Assembly (NCBI GenBank): GCA_030265395.1
Contig: JARFYF010000119.1
Coordinates: 44,876,979-44,940,978, forward strand
Reading direction: 5' to 3'
Source of the DNA: Rhina ancylostomus
Taxonomy: Eukaryota
Length of the DNA stretch: 64,000 nucleotides
The notes under the pieces were generated by a model. The model was not told the DNA's origin and did not search any database. It saw nothing but the letters and a program-made list of their open reading frames with translations. Shown here piece after piece: positions 40,026 through 54,628 of this stretch; positions within the stretch are counted from its first letter, which is position 1; each line of letters opens with the position of its first letter. The translations under genes were made by a program, and so were the position numbers.

Positions 40026-43000
40026 GCATTAAAAATGACTCTATGCTCATTTTAGACTCTGTTGCCTTGATAGACTCAAATTTTCTAATGAGAAATGTAT
40101 TAAGCAAATAGACTGCCATGTTCTGCTTCAGTCATTAATTTGATACACTTTAGTCTTTTCCTTGTAGTCAAGGAAATATTACTCGACTATCATTCTTTTT
40201 ATTTCTGCAGCACATGACCTCACACTTAGTAGTCAATACAATGAGAAAAATCAGGGCAATTTTTTTTAAATGTCAGAACTGCACACTTCATTATCAATCC
40301 AGATAAGATATTTCTTTCCTGATGTATTTACATCATATTTAAAATATTTCACTGGCAGGATTTAACTTTTTAATGCACAAAGTGTATTAAAAATAGTAAT
40401 AAATAACTGAACAATGGGCTCAGGGTTCAAAATATGTCTTTTCTATAAACAGCTTTTAGCTTCTAACAAACCTCTGTTGCTCCTTTACACACATTTTTCC
40501 ATTAGTGCATTTGAGTAAAAGGAGAGGTAAAAGAACAAAAGTATGTATCTGGTGGATAGCTTGCCTCAGACGTTTTATTTGTTTGTGGCACGCAGGAACC
40601 TTCTAAAGTTATAGCCTCAGCACTGCTGTTTGCTATTAAGTTGATGGGGAGTCTATCCCACAGTTGCTCTGTGCTGCTGACACAAAGTCTTTGTTCACGT
40701 TCAGATTAGTCAAACTGTTGTGAGGGTCAGGCCAGGGTCAGACTCCATGATGATGTATAGGAGAACATGTCTGGGAATTTCTCTCGCTCTTAAAACACAT
40801 ACCAGAAAGGCAGAAGAGGGCCGAGCAAACTGACTGATGAGACCCAGATGATAGTCACTCTTACTGGGTTCATAATTTGCCTTTTAACACACCATGTTTT
40901 ATTAATGTGTGGCGTGATAGCCTTGAAAATTTCATGTCCCCTGAAGGTAAGGACACTCCGTGACACTTCATTTCCTTGCCCACGGGAAATGGGTCAGTAA
41001 ATCCAGTGAAAGAACAATGCATAAATTCCCAAGGATGAGAAAGAAAGGTCTTTTGCAAGCTTTCTTAGGTTGTAGGCCCCGGCACTGGATATGAGCTGTG
41101 TACACACTTGGTATTAACACAGCACAATCAGGTTATGATCAGAGATTGTCGGCATCCCAAACTGTGATCCCCTACCACCTTTACAAGTACATCCCTGTCC
41201 ACCTACTGTGACCAGTGAGCTTACAGAGTCTTCTCTTTGATTAACAATCGGGATTGGTAAAATACGGGCATTGAGACAAATAAGGGAAATAGATGCAGTC
41301 TAATAGAGTTCGGAAACCAATTTTAATCACTCTGAACCAGGTTAATCTGTGCACATCAAGGTACAAATCAATTTAGATCAATCTGTTTTTAACATACCCT
41401 TGAGATGGATTAAAAGAGATCAGTTTAAAATTATCCCATTTCTTGACTTTGTGTGAAGGCAAAACCTACTCAAATCATTTCTAATATGTACAGCAAATAA
41501 ACTGAAGTGATTTCAGATTGATAAAGTAAAATTAAACAATCTGTGCCTATGTGTTAAAGCAAACATAGCATTTTATATCCATGTAGAATATTTTTAATCC
41601 GCTGATTGAGCACAGCACTCAGCTTTATTATTTCTGCATTTCAGAATTTTGGAATGCTGTCACCCAAAAACAAGGATACANNNNNNNNNNCCAAAAGTCA
41701 TCTTAATGCTAAACTAGCAATTTTTTCAACCAGCTGCTGCATATAACAGGGAATATTTCATCCTGCTGTCAGAACACTATCAATAAAACATAGCATTCAG
41801 AGTGCGCTCATTTTCCTCTCTTCAATCACTGTAGCATTTGCAATGAAAATGTTATATTATATTTATTCCTGAGCTGATGCATTGTGCTTAAATGCAAAAT
41901 GATATAGTAATATGGAACTTAAGGGGTTAACTTGTCTTAGTCAGTTAACAAAGGCATTGCTTATCAAACAAGGACTGGGGGACTATATGTCAGTGTGCTC
42001 GGGACCTGTTCGCCTCCTCAGGGTCAATTCTTATGGTTATTAAGATTTTATGAATCTGATGAGTGCAGTCTTTTGCTGTGACCGACAGGATACTGCGCCA
42101 TTTTCTTTCCATCTCCCAATTTGTTTAATTCCTACCGGGACCTGCAAATATGATTTTTATTTTGCAATGCAATGAACGCAGCATGCAGTGCTGTGGGAGT
42201 TGCAGGCCTGGTTATCTGGCATTACTCAGACTGCTAAAAATTCATTAAAATGTGACATCAACACAGTGAGAGACAAATGATCACAGGATGAAAAGGAACA
42301 GTGGGCATTTCATGGATTAGTGCTGCATAACCTTAGCTATGCAGCTAACTGAATAAACTGATTAATCCAGCACCATTACAGCTTGGAAGAACACATAACT
42401 ATTTAAATTGGTGTCGGCTTTTGTATTTATAGATTTGAATGTAGATATAGATGGAATAATGCATTGTAATCTTTCTTTAGCAAACATTTTAAATGGGTGT
42501 CAACAGTATGGTGCTTGAAGAAATATTACATTATATCTAAAATACTGCCCCCTATAGGTAGTCTGAAATTAGTCATGCATTTTCTAATCGATATTACCTG
42601 AGAGCTAAACTGTTTGAATTTTCAATTTTGGCATTCTGTAAATATTGGGCTTGGCCATGTTCGATTATACAAGATCAATAAAATTCTGTGAACAATTAAA
42701 CTATCAATTTTCTATTGTTACTTATCGCCACACATATAGTTCAATAATCACTTTAATGGTTGTTAAACCATCCAAAGTTCAACGTCAATTAAATTTAGAT
42801 CCAGGCATTCCATTAAGTACATTATTGTAGATTTACAAGCGGTAAGTAATATTTAGAAAATAGTTCATCTTTTTGAAAGTAGAAGCATTGAAATTGGTAC
42901 TGGAGCACATTTTATATTTTTATTTTTTTAACTCTCTCTGAAGTACAAGGTATTGAATACAGTAAATGCTTCCCCTAAACAAATCCTTAACAGTTTTTAA

Positions 43001-43037
43001 TCTGTCGTCCTAATCTCCTTTACAATTTTAATTGCAG

Positions 43038-43157
43038 ATGAGCAAAGTGAAGACTCTGAAGGACCTAGTAAAACCACTGTTTTAGCTGCTGCTACTGATA
43101 ACAAGGACACCAGTGAAAAAGACAACAAAGAAAACAAGAAGTCTGACAAAGACTCTG
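43038..43157 (+). CDS. ZFHX4: ZFHX4-like internal coding exon (120 nt, phase 1-1)
   Basis: TTTAATTGCAG acceptor, G|GTAATA donor; encodes xEQSEDSEGPSKTTVLAAATDNKDTSEKDNKENKKSDKDS, alignable to recalled ZFHX4 EEQSEEAEG...KDTSERDNSEGKNSNKDS. Confidence 0.85.
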
Positions 43158-46100
43158 GTAATACTTGTAGATTTTGTCATTTTTCCATATTAAGTTTTCT
43201 TTGATCTTAAAATTATGTGCCCAGCTCCCCTCCCCCGTCTCAATCGTATTCATCACATGTGTGTTTTACATGTGATTTCTATCAGTAGCCTCATGCTGAC
43301 CTATTTTTAATCATAACCATCTGACAGGATAGATGAGGATAAGTTGGAGAATATTACAGAATGGCCAGTGAGATTATTTTTTAATCAAATAAGTTTGCGT
43401 GCTTGTAATTTTAAGCGCCTTTCATTAATCTTTGCTGTACTTGTGATTCCTCTGATGACATATTAATTTTGTTTAAGCTCAGGATTAGATACCAATCATG
43501 TATTTTTTCCATTATGCCAAGGCATATCAGTATCGTTGACCAGAGGCCTTTCGGTCTCTTTTTAAAGTCATTTTCCTTCGTAATACAAAGCAGCCTTTAC
43601 TACCTGAGCAATAAATTCTGCATTAATACATTTTGCAGTAATTGTCTGGGTTTAATGGCATCTTGCATTAAACCAGCATCTGGTAAAAATACCAGAGTCT
43701 CTTTTCCATATTTTCCTTGGCAGATATTGCCGGCTGCACGATTTGCCGTTGTTGTTTCTTAGTTTGTATTTTTTTTAATTTTGTATCAAAGAGAAAACCA
43801 CAGTCATATTAATATTATGTTGGCTCTTCTTGCAGCACGATAGGCAGTGTCACATTATGTTAGATGTAGTAAGGCAGGGCACTGAAATAGGTCAAAGACT
43901 GTTGGTTCCAAGTGTACATTTCTTTTCATACACAGAAGGTGAGGACTCTAAAAATGAATCTGTGAAAATAAATGGCATTTTTTAAAGAAAGGAAAGCACT
44001 GCTGCTTCTCATGAAGATTAGTAAAGAGTATTTTAGTTAAGCATATTACAATCGGTATGCTTATTTGCACTATTACTACTGTGGAGGCTCAAATCTGGCC
44101 AGATTGACTGTGCATCAGGAAAATAGATTTTCACATCTCATAATTTCAAAATCACTCTAGATTATGCAATACAAGCTCTTGGAAATAAAGCCCAGCTAAT
44201 AGCTAAACCCTTGTCATTTCTCTCAGTATTAGAATACTTGTGTCACCCTATTGTCACATACATGAGTTTATTTCAATGGTTGGTACATTGGTAAAATCAG
44301 GATGTAGAATTCAGGACCTCAAGTACAAGTAGCTTTTACTGGACTGAAAATATATCTGGTGAAGCAGAACTCACCCATATCTCATTTATATTGTCATTTT
44401 AATCTAGTGTCACTTTAGATTAATTATAATCAAAATTACATTTTCTATGCAAATGTATTAATCTGGATAAACTCCAGATTAGTTCTTCACTGCATAAGTG
44501 TAATGCGTCTCTGACATAGCTTAAGGAAACAGTTTTAATAATACAGTAAACACAAGTAAGATGTAAATTAACCTTCATTATTCCAAGTAATATTACCAAC
44601 GGACGTAACTTCATTTATGAGCCAGCTTTCCTTATTCACATTAATTTATTTTTATTATTTTAATACAATTTAGAAATTCACTAAGCAGTAAAGTCATAAT
44701 TCATGATGGGTGCATTGAAATAAAACTAAAACATCAAGGATGTATAATTTGCAAACTGATTTTTTAAAGGTATTTTCTTTATAGCTAATCAGAATATTGC
44801 TGCAAAACATTATTATTCAACCATAGGCATACTGGTGCAAAGTTTGAGCTTAGGGCTTGATGCATGACTTAGTTTGACATTTAAATGTTGCCATTTGAAC
44901 TACGGGTCAGTAATGGTTAACCTACTTTTCCATCTCTGTATTTCACATCAATGACAAGAGATGTAAAATGTAATGGAAAAACACTACTTCTGCTATTGTA
45001 TTTTATTTACCTCTAGTCATTTCAAATGTTTGAAGCCAATTAACTCATTTAGGAGAGTTCTGTGTATGTAGAGCAAGAATAAAATTGAAGTAAGTTTTTA
45101 ATTTTAGAAATTGTACTATTTAATACTGCAGATTTAGAATGGTCCTTTGAATCAGAAAATGTGGTAATTTTACAATCTGCATTGGAAATATGCAGGTTGT
45201 TACTTTTGCAGCCTGAATACATAAGAATTGATTTCTATTTTTGAAAGACAAAGATGAGGCATAAAATATGAAATTAGCTTGTAAATATAAAATTTGTGAT
45301 CTGTAGATTTTTAGCTAACACATACAGCACTTCTTTCCCTGCATTNNNNNNNNNCAAACATTCCCATTTGCAGAACCCAACATGGTGTTTTGATATTTTG
45401 CAAACATTATTTTAAACTGATGTATAATTAAGTCTCATGGATATATAGGATTGTATGTAAACACAATGCCTGTCTGACTATACATTATACTGGCAATTGT
45501 ACTTAAGAACAGTTTACTATAATTCATGATTATGTTAATAATGGGGTTAGCCTTACAAAATGGTACAAATAAGTGATCTTCAATATTTTAGAGATGAAGT
45601 TCTTTAGGACGGTGTTAATAGTTTCACTGAATGCAAGTAGCCACAATCTAGAACTCCTATTTAGCATCTTAGGTTCTTTGTGAGGAGTTGATTGGCCTCC
45701 AGAACTGTACTTTCTCATTTTCATTCTATATTTTAGCCATTTAAATATACTGTCTTGCTTCACTCATTTTGAGTCATTTTCATTACATGTTAGCAGTAAG
45801 CCTGTTAGTGTTTGGAATAGATCAAATTGTTTTTACATATTATGTAAGAATCATTTTGATTTTTTTCATTCCTGACACTTTTAATGCATGTGGATAATTC
45901 AGTACCAATTATTACTAGCAACAAAAAACATATTATACCACAAACAATGATAGCCGAGACTTAGACATACGTCAAAAATTAATTTAAGAATAGTAGGCAT
46001 TTGGATAGGAAGTATAATAGGTAAATGCATTTTATTTGAGCCCACTAGGCAATAATTGGAATGGTATACTAACTAGATTATTCTGTGTTAATAGTGCCAT

Positions 46101-46737
46101 ATTATTTTCAAGTTGATAAGCAATGTCAGGGTGATTCTTGAAAATCAAATCTCTCAGACAGCTGCAATCAACAGCCAGGTTAATTGCCTGACTTGTAGAC
46201 TAGATTTGTGCTGTGCAAATATCACACACCACATTTTGTTTTGTTGTAATTGACCAAGCTCCTGGGATCTTGAAAAACCTGTGTCATTCTGAGAAATATC
46301 ATGTGGCAGCTACTTAGAATAGTGCTTTATTTTATAGGTGAAAATAAAATGAGGTCAGAATACATACATAAGCAGAAACAATTTTATGTTAAGGAATGTG
46401 ACAGCAAGCTCTAAAGCTGAGTATTAAATATAATGTTAATAAAAATTAAATGTCAGCCATAAATGTAATATGTGCTGCTTAAGGACTTGCTTGTCAAAAT
46501 ATAGCATTTATGAGGTAAAAGTATTTGTCTGCAGACAAAAAATGTCTGCTTTTTTCTACTAACGATAGCTCTTGTCATGAAGACAGTTCTAAGAACATGT
46601 AGTAGAAATTGCATATATTAGAATTTACATACTGTCATCCATTTAAAATAGTTTCACTCATGTTTCATTTAAATAATTTATTATGTATTTATCAAATAGT
46701 AATCATATATAATATACACATATATAGTATACACATA

Positions 46738-46744
46738 CTATGTA

Positions 46745-46786
<42 letters not shown>

Positions 46787-46827
46787 GACACACACACACA
46801 TACATAGACATAGACACACACACACAT
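46738..46827. repeat. Compound microsatellite (TG)n(TA)n(CA)n
   Basis: Visible dinucleotide runs. Confidence 0.95.
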
Positions 46828-48388
46828 CTGATAGCAATCAATTGCTCATCTTCATTGCATTATAAGATATATTTTCACAACATTGTCCAGTGATGCTATC
46901 ATCAATTTCAAGATAATTTAGTTTCAAATTGACTGGAAGATGGTGAAAATTGAAAGTTAAAATTAGAAGTGCTTATAATAAACAGCTGAAAAATGTCAGA
47001 TGGTGCTGAGCAGGGATGAGATTGGAAAGGCTGGTAAATGAGGTTTTCTGTTTGCCATGAGATGTATGTGACATGCCTACCCAACAGCAGTATAATATCC
47101 AACTGGAATAAAAGATTATCTAGCAATTTGTTGTTGAAAGAATACTGTGATACACTGGGAAATCTGTACTGCACCCTCGTCTCCGATGTGTCTGATTTTT
47201 GTTTCTGTGTAACATGAAGTTGGCTAGACTTTTATTCCAAATGTTTGTATCACAGGTAGAGTAAATTTAGCTTGAATTTCATTTGAGTGAAATAGAGTGG
47301 CATTCATTACTGTAGCTAAAAAAAAGCTTTGACCATCAATAATGATCTAGGAATGCACAGCAGACATAAACATATAATTCTGTTTAGCGCGTAAAACACA
47401 GTTAATGTTTACATAGGCTGATCTTTTTGTCAAATGTGGTGTTCTGAATTGAAGCAGATTGGAATCCAGACTGCTGAGCTGGTCAAAGAGTAATATTGAT
47501 TAATCTTCCAAGCTAGCAAGAGGTTATCTAAACAGCCAAGAAGTAATTATTAGATTTATCAAGTTGGCCTATTTTGCAATTTTTGTTTAAATTTCATGAA
47601 ACAAGAATAACTTTTTGGTTGGTGGAAATTCTATTTCACATTGTCACTTAATCCTTTGGTTCAAATGTATATAAAAGATTTTGGCTAGTGGATAATTTTT
47701 CCAAATTTGCACAAAAATATCTGTATGTTTCCCATTATTTTATTTGAAGTGTTTTTAGTTTTCCTGAATTGATAGTGCAACTCTGTTTTTAGAGGCTTCA
47801 GAAACAAAATAGAGTTGGGCATTTTTCTAAAATATCAAAGCCAGGAATCAACTGCAGTAAAGGTCTGAATCACCAGGACCATGTTGTTGAATACAAAGGT
47901 GATATCTTTCTGAATGAGTGCCCAGTAAACAAGAATTCTGACAGTGGAGGTTGTTCTTCCCAACCAGTGGGAGCTGTTTATAATCTGTTATCCACTTACA
48001 AAATGAAGTACTGATAGAGTTGAAACAAATATTGGGATGCACTACTTAGATGTAAAGAACAGATTTTCATTTGAGAATACCAAATACATTTTAATTATTG
48101 TTGTACTTTGCTGTTGTTTATTCCCATTTCTAGATATGATGAGTAGCAAACAAAATATTGCACCATTCTGTTTTGTATTAATAGAATGAACCACTTTCAA
48201 TTAAAATACTAGCTGTTTATTTGTGAGAAAGTGAAATCTTTAACAAGTCTGTCCCTTTAAATGACAATCTAAGTCAAAATGGTCTTTCCACCAGTTTACA
48301 GAAGTAAATCTCATGAATAATTACATTGAGGATCTTTGATTTTACTTTTTCTAATTTGTTCACATGTTGATAAATTATATTCTCTTAG

Positions 48389-48525
48389 AAGGAACTGATG
48401 TGATATGTTCAGAACCTCAAGAAAGCCCTTTGGTGGAAAAACGGTCACTACCGCAGGGGGGAGATGAAGACCTTCCTTCCAAGAGACCTCGCTCATCTGG
48501 AGGCAGTAAACCTAGTCAGGAGCAG
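48389..48525 (+). CDS. ZFHX4: ZFHX4-like internal coding exon (phase 1-0; start may be 48392)
   Basis: TTCTCTTAG|AAG acceptor, CAG|GTAAGA donor; encodes EGTDVICSEPQESPLVEKRSLPQGGDEDLPSKRPRSSGGSKPSQEQ, in phase with both neighbouring exons. Confidence 0.85.
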
Positions 48526-49109
48526 GTAAGAGACAAAAAAAAATTCCTTCACTTGCTTTATTTTAACCTTCTGCTTATTGTTTTTTTCCAATTAATTGTT
48601 ATTTGTTTACTAGCAATTATCTGTTCAAGGTTTTCTGACAATAGTGAAATTTTGCAATTGCCGTAAAAATTGATGTAAATCATTCAGTTTTCAATTATTC
48701 GTTAAAGCCAACTTGCCTTAATTTTTGGCAATAATGCAAGAAATTCCTGCATTGTTAACAGGGCCTTCTTTCAAAGTACTGAAATTAGCAAAATATAACA
48801 CAAGTCTAATTTTTCACAGTGATAAAACCATTCGAAAGAAGTACACTTGATGCAAAAATTTATTGTGAAACATGAGAACATTTCGATTAGCCACTTTTTC
48901 TTTCAGTATTGAACTGGTCCTTGTTGAAATGAAGGAATAAACATAGTATTCAATTTTGACTTCATGTTTTATGAATGTACTGGTAATGTCTCACTGCAGA
49001 ATGAAATGATATGCAAATCATTTTTTTAAAAAAGCAGAGCACAGGAAGTTTTGCTGTTATGTTCCACTAGCTTTTAATATAAATTGTATTACATGCTATT
49101 TGGTTTCAG

Positions 49110-49310
49110 CTTTACCAGTGTCCTTACTGTAATTATAACAGTAAGGATGCAAACAGGATCCAGATGCATGTCATGTCCCAACATTCCATGCAGCCAGTCA
49201 TCTGCTGCCCTCTCTGTCAGGATGTCCTCAGCAACAAGATACATCTCCAGCTCCATCTGACTCACTTGCACAGCGTGGCACCTGACTGTGTGGAGAAGCT
49301 ACTCACAACT
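49110..49310 (+). CDS. ZFHX4: ZFHX4-like exon with two C2H2 zinc fingers (201 nt, phase 0-0)
   Basis: TTTCAG acceptor, ACT|GTAAGC donor; encodes [67 protein letters not shown]. Confidence 0.95.
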
Positions 49311-49934
49311 GTAAGCAGTTTAAAATCTACCTCAATAAACGGTGTTTTCTCTCCAAAACTGGAAATTAGAATTAATACATTTTCAAGTACAAGTCTGCCA
49401 GCTGAGAACTTATTGCATTTCACAGAATGCAAAGTAATCCTGTTGTGATTTACGTTGTATAATAATTACTGACTGACTGCCGGTTAACAGAAAATTCCAC
49501 GTTTTGACACTTTGAATATTATATATATATATATAGCCAGTGCATTAAGAATAAACATTTCTGATCGCTAGACCCTGTAGTGTTCAAGTAAATGAATGAG
49601 AAAAGCAAGATTCACAGGAGAGCATGACCAGCTGAGCACAACACAAGAATCAGTGGTTGTAGGGCGTCGAAAGTCACCTAGGTGTTGAGCAAAATTGTAT
49701 AAAAATAGCAATAACATACATTTATGAACACTGACCTTACAAGGAGGTAAAAGGCTACTAGAAAAATGCAATGTAGACAGCAGCAAGGCAGTTTCAATGA
49801 GATCTTTTAGCCATGTAGAAGGAAACCCAATTTGAAGATGAAGTGGATTTTTAAAGAAACTATTTATATAGGATGTGTAATGAGAGGAATAAGAGAAAAC
49901 AGATGTGTAGCATGAATACTTTACGTGTTGCCTT

Positions 49935-50070
49935 TGCCTCAGTGGCAGCATAATTGCATCTGTCAGAAGTTTATGGGTTTGAGTCCCACTCCAAAAGACC
50001 CGGACACATGCCAGATTGACTAGCTGGTGCAATACTGAGAGGATATTGTTCTGAAAGCACAACAAATGTT
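49935..50070 (+). mobile_element. 5' part of a Deu-type SINE
   Basis: CTCAGTGGCAGCA...CAGAAGTTTATGGGTTTGAGTCCCACTCCA (A and B boxes), similar to the head of the 26.1-26.6 kb copy. Confidence 0.55.
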
Positions 50071-51659
50071 AAATATCAGTGGGCTCTAAGATACTTCTTG
50101 ATATCCTCAAGAAAGTTGGTATCTTGGAAAGTTTTGTAAATATTGGCAATTGTATGTGTCATATTTCAAAAGGTGATGTGAAGAAAATTTTCTTCAATGG
50201 TCTAACATTGTTAGAGAAGGCATGACCATTGCAAAGCACTTTATGTACACTGTCAATGTTCAGGTCACCATGAATAGTCAACTTAAATTAGAAGCAACGG
50301 ATCATACCTACAAGATCCTGTCAGGAATTAAGTATATTAGATGGTATGCATTATTAATATAATTGGATTTTAAGAAAGAATTTAATAAAATTCCACATCT
50401 AAAGCTGTTAAAGAAGATCAGGACTGGGAATTTCCTTGCAGCTGTTCCCACTCTTGTGTTTTAACTTTGCCAGCAGAAACCCCAGGAGCAGCTCTGAGGA
50501 AATTCCTAGTCTTATGGCATTAAGAACAAATTAACTAGCTGATTTTAATTCACCAAAAGGAAACTAAAGGGTGATGGAAAGCCTCCACTTTAGAGTCACC
50601 AATGTATGGAGTCCCGAAGCAGTTCTCACAGAGAAGGGTACATGCAGCAATATTATGAAGTTTGCTAACAACATCATACTGTGTGGCAAGCTGACCAACA
50701 TGAGAAACTTTATAGCAATCAAAGAGATCTGGACACACTCAATAGTTGGCTTGTATAGTAAATGGCTTTTAATGAAAATAAGGGTAAAATAAAGCAAACT
50801 GAAATAGCAGAGAATATGTGCTCAAGGAATGGATTTATATAGGCTATCTTACACCTGACAAATTCATTGCAGAAAGGGTACTTTTATACAATATTGGGCA
50901 TTTTGGATTCTTATTCTTCTCTGTTTGGCAATATGTGAAAATGTAAATACAAATTATATAATAGATTTGTAGAAAATACTAATGGACTGATATCTGGGTT
51001 AACATGCCCCTGAATGTACTCACTCCTCTAAAGTGGATTATGATTATTCATTGGCTATTCAGAAAGAAAATCCAAGTTTATTCCTAAATGACAGGAATGG
51101 GCATTAATTACTTTGAAGAAAGGCAATGATAGGAGTGAAACCTAAAATGTGCATGGTAAAATGGGAATAGGGTTTTGCTTAAAATCAAATGAAGCTCTTA
51201 TATGAAAATGGTTGACGAGAACAGCCAGGGAGAAGCAAGAAACACAAGTCACTGGGAAAATTAGTTTCCCTTTCAATTAATTCCCATAGTGCAAGGAACC
51301 ACCTCATTGTTTGCAAATGTTCAGTGTTACACCAGCATTCTGAAATGATCTATCAAAATACTTTGCAAAGCCTCAGTGGGTCTTTCATGACAGGTAAATA
51401 TTTACAGTAGATGATACTGTATAGAGAAGGAAAAGTGAAAGTTGATATTTAAAGCATAGTGGAGAGGAAAATTGTGATAATAACTGAATATACTGCCAAG
51501 TAGATGAAAAAAACACTGGAGTTCCTGGATATGGATGACGATCTTGGAATATGTTGCTCTGGAGATGAGGAAGCTTAGGATAGGAGCATTTGGAAGACAG
51601 CTTACAAATAATTTAGATTTAGCTCCATGATAAAAATGTGAAAGAGTCTGCATTAAAAT

Positions 51660-52292
51660 GAGTCGGAATCAGCTTTATTATCATTGCCATATGTCATGAA
51701 ATTTGTTGTTTTCTGGCAGCAGTACAGTGCAAGACAAAAGTTACTATATATTACAAAATAAATAAACAGTGCAAAAGAAGGAATAACAAAGTAGTGTTCA
51801 TGGGGTCATAGACCGTTCAGAAATCTGATGGCAGAGGGCAAGAAGCTGTTCCTAAGTCATTGAGTGTGGGTCTTCAGGCTCCTCTACTTCCTCCCCAATG
51901 GTAGTAATGAGAAGAGGGCATGTGCCGAATGGTGAGGGTCCTTGGTGATGGATACCACCTTTTTGAGACACCGCCTCTTGAAGATATCCCTGATGGTGGG
52001 GATGTTGTGCCCATGATGGAGTTGGCTGAGCCTACAACCCTCTGCAGCCTCTTTCGATCCTGCTCATTAGCCCTCCATACCAGGCAGTGATGCAACCAGT
52101 CAGAATGCTCTCCACAGTACATTTGTAGAAATTTGCAAGAGTCTTTGTTAACGTACCAAATCTCCTCAAACTCCTAACAAAATAGAGCTGCTGGTGTGCC
52201 TTCTTCGTGATTGCATCAGTGTGTTGCGCCCAGGATAGATTCTCCGAGATGTTGACACCCAGGAACTTGAAGCTGCTCACCCTTTCCATTGT
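51660..52292 (-). mobile_element. Rex1/Babar-type LINE 3' end
   Basis: Minus-strand peptide MERVSSFKFLGVNISENLSWAQHTDAITKKAHQQLYFVRSLRRFG..TKTLANFYKCTVESILTGCITAWYG, followed by a 3' UTR with a short repeat-like tail. Confidence 0.85.
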
Positions 52293-53934
52293 TGAGAGTG
52301 TGGACAGATTAGCCCAGAAGTGCCTCCTGTACTTTTTATTTCTACTTAAACAGAGTTGTGTAGCATGCAAATACATTATGTGGCATTACGATTGCCATCT
52401 TGCATTGTGAGGTATACAAAGCAGCAGTGTCAAGTTTCCCAATGTATCAATGTTGTGTCTGTTTCAGAGCATGCTTTTCAACAGAGTTATTAGTCCTTCA
52501 GCTGTGATCACAGAAGNNNNNNNNNNTAGAGAGAAACCTGAAGAATATAAGCAGCACTTCTCCAAATGCTGGCAAGCATAGCTTATTCAAGAATAGCTGG
52601 TGCAGTGATGGGAGAGGGGAGGGACAGAGCTCCCAAGCCTCAGAGGGGGACCTGGACTGGATGGTGGACAACATTATTCACAGGAGAGATGTTCTCTGTG
52701 CTGGGGACCATGCAGACTCTGCGGGACTACAGCCAGACACTCATTCCAGGGTGGATCTGTGTAAGGAACAATACCTGATGCATGAGTCTATGAATGTTTG
52801 CACATTTGGGAAGTCTGCAGTAATAGAACATTCCCATGCCCACTCTGCCTGCTCCTGCGGGCCAAAATCTTTCCTCCTTGTGTGACCACCCTAATGAGAC
52901 ACACAATAACATTTGTGATATAGGCACTAGATTAGCGACAGCAACCTAGAATGATCCTGATGCCTGGAACTTGAGAGTGACTGTGATCTTGAGGAGTTGA
53001 GAGTAGTAAGTATTTGAGACTGTAGGATTAGCAGTGAATTGTGGCTACAAGCCAACGCTTCTCAGAAGCATCCAGGAATGAGCTTGCTTCCCCAGACCTC
53101 TGGGTGGATAAAATTACTTTGTGTTCCTCCTCCGTGGTGTTTCCATGGTTTCCACCTTAATGCCATCCAGCAAGAGAAAAGTTGGTAGGCAAACCCCAAT
53201 TGGAGTTTGAGGACAGAAATGTTGTTGAAGATGTAAGGAAGACAGTTTAAAGGTGCGAGCAGAATGTAGGATAAGCATTGAGGTTGCAGGGAGCCATGGA
53301 GCAGCCTGACAAAGAATTCCGTTTGTGAGTTTGTCCGTTAAATAATCTGGTTCCAGGGAATGCTCGTGAAGTATGATTGTCCCCCATTGAGTAAACAAGA
53401 GCTGTTCTTTTTCAGGCCAGTGAGGTTGAAAACCACACTCGAGCTGAAAATTGGGTGCTGCACACTTGTTGTTGAGAGAATTGTATGCCTGAAATATGTT
53501 TCCAGCACCAAGATCTGATGGAAAGTTAGGGATCAAATTTGCATATAAAGTAGCCTGGACATGGGTGCAATTTTGCTCTGCTCTGGGTTAAACTTGTTTT
53601 CAACTGTGCAGCTCTCTTTTGACAGCGTTATGAGAATTAATGTCTAGACCATCGAGCAGAAGTACATGAAGAACAGGTGGGTACTTGAGCATGTTGGCAT
53701 TTACAGGGTATTAGTTTTGGGGTGAATTGCAGCATCTTCTATGATCCTGTAATTTCCAATATTCCTATTCTGTGACAGTTGTTTAAAAATAATAATTGAG
53801 AGATATAGGTTATAATAGACACATGGCTTCACCCTCAGTTTATTTGTATCTTCAATCTTGTATTGATTTTTAAGCAGTCACAGAGAATTACATGCATAAA
53901 ATATACAGTACAAAGTTGTTTTCATACTCCTCTC

Positions 53935-54370
53935 CTAGTCTGGAAGTATTCTCATATCAATTGGGTTGAATCACTCTTAATCTTGCCTTTATGCCTCCCT
54001 CCAGGATTTGTGCAGACACTAATCTGATAATCTAGCGCAATGGGAGTACTCTATTATTTGAAGAATTGTCCTTTAGCAGAAATATTACACCAAAGCCACA
54101 AATGCCTGTTCAAGATGTTGAAATTGGCTTTATATAGATCTCATGGTACTGAGTAAAGCACAGGGATGTACAGGTTACAATCCACACCACCAAAACAGAA
54201 CAACCTTCCACTTATCTTATTGCTGTTTATGGTACCTTGTCATGTGCTGTCTTGTGCCAGCAAAATAACAGCCACTGAATTCAAAGTAATTTATTTGTAT
54301 CTAAAACAGGTTGACAGAATTCTGTGAGGTTAGGTAAGGCTGTCTGTGTGACATACAAATCAGTTTTCCT
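53935..54370 (+). mobile_element. Very decayed Deu-type SINE
   Basis: CTTATTGCTGTTTATGGTACCTTG...AACAGCCACTGAATTCAAAGTAATTTATTTG resembles the reverse complement of the 26.2 kb body. Confidence 0.45.
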
Positions 54371-54628
54371 ATGCTATTTCAGTTTACATTCCTATACCAA
54401 ATGAGTTGAAACTGAGGCCCAAAAAGGTGGAAGCATAACTAGAGGGACAACTGGCTACTGTTAAGTCTCTCACCATTTGCATAACTTTGGCCTCATTATC
54501 ACCACTGTGACCTAACACCCTTGAACAAGCTTGGGTAGAGCAGCTAAGAGGGAAAGTAGTCAGCAAGATTGCTCAGAAAGCCTGCCCAACACCCACCCGC
54601 CTTGGTGGCACTTCCATGAAGAGATCAA

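Noticed and set aside
52600-53000. GC-richer patch with several short ORFs
   Set aside because: No motif recognised; probably an old repeat that I cannot classify
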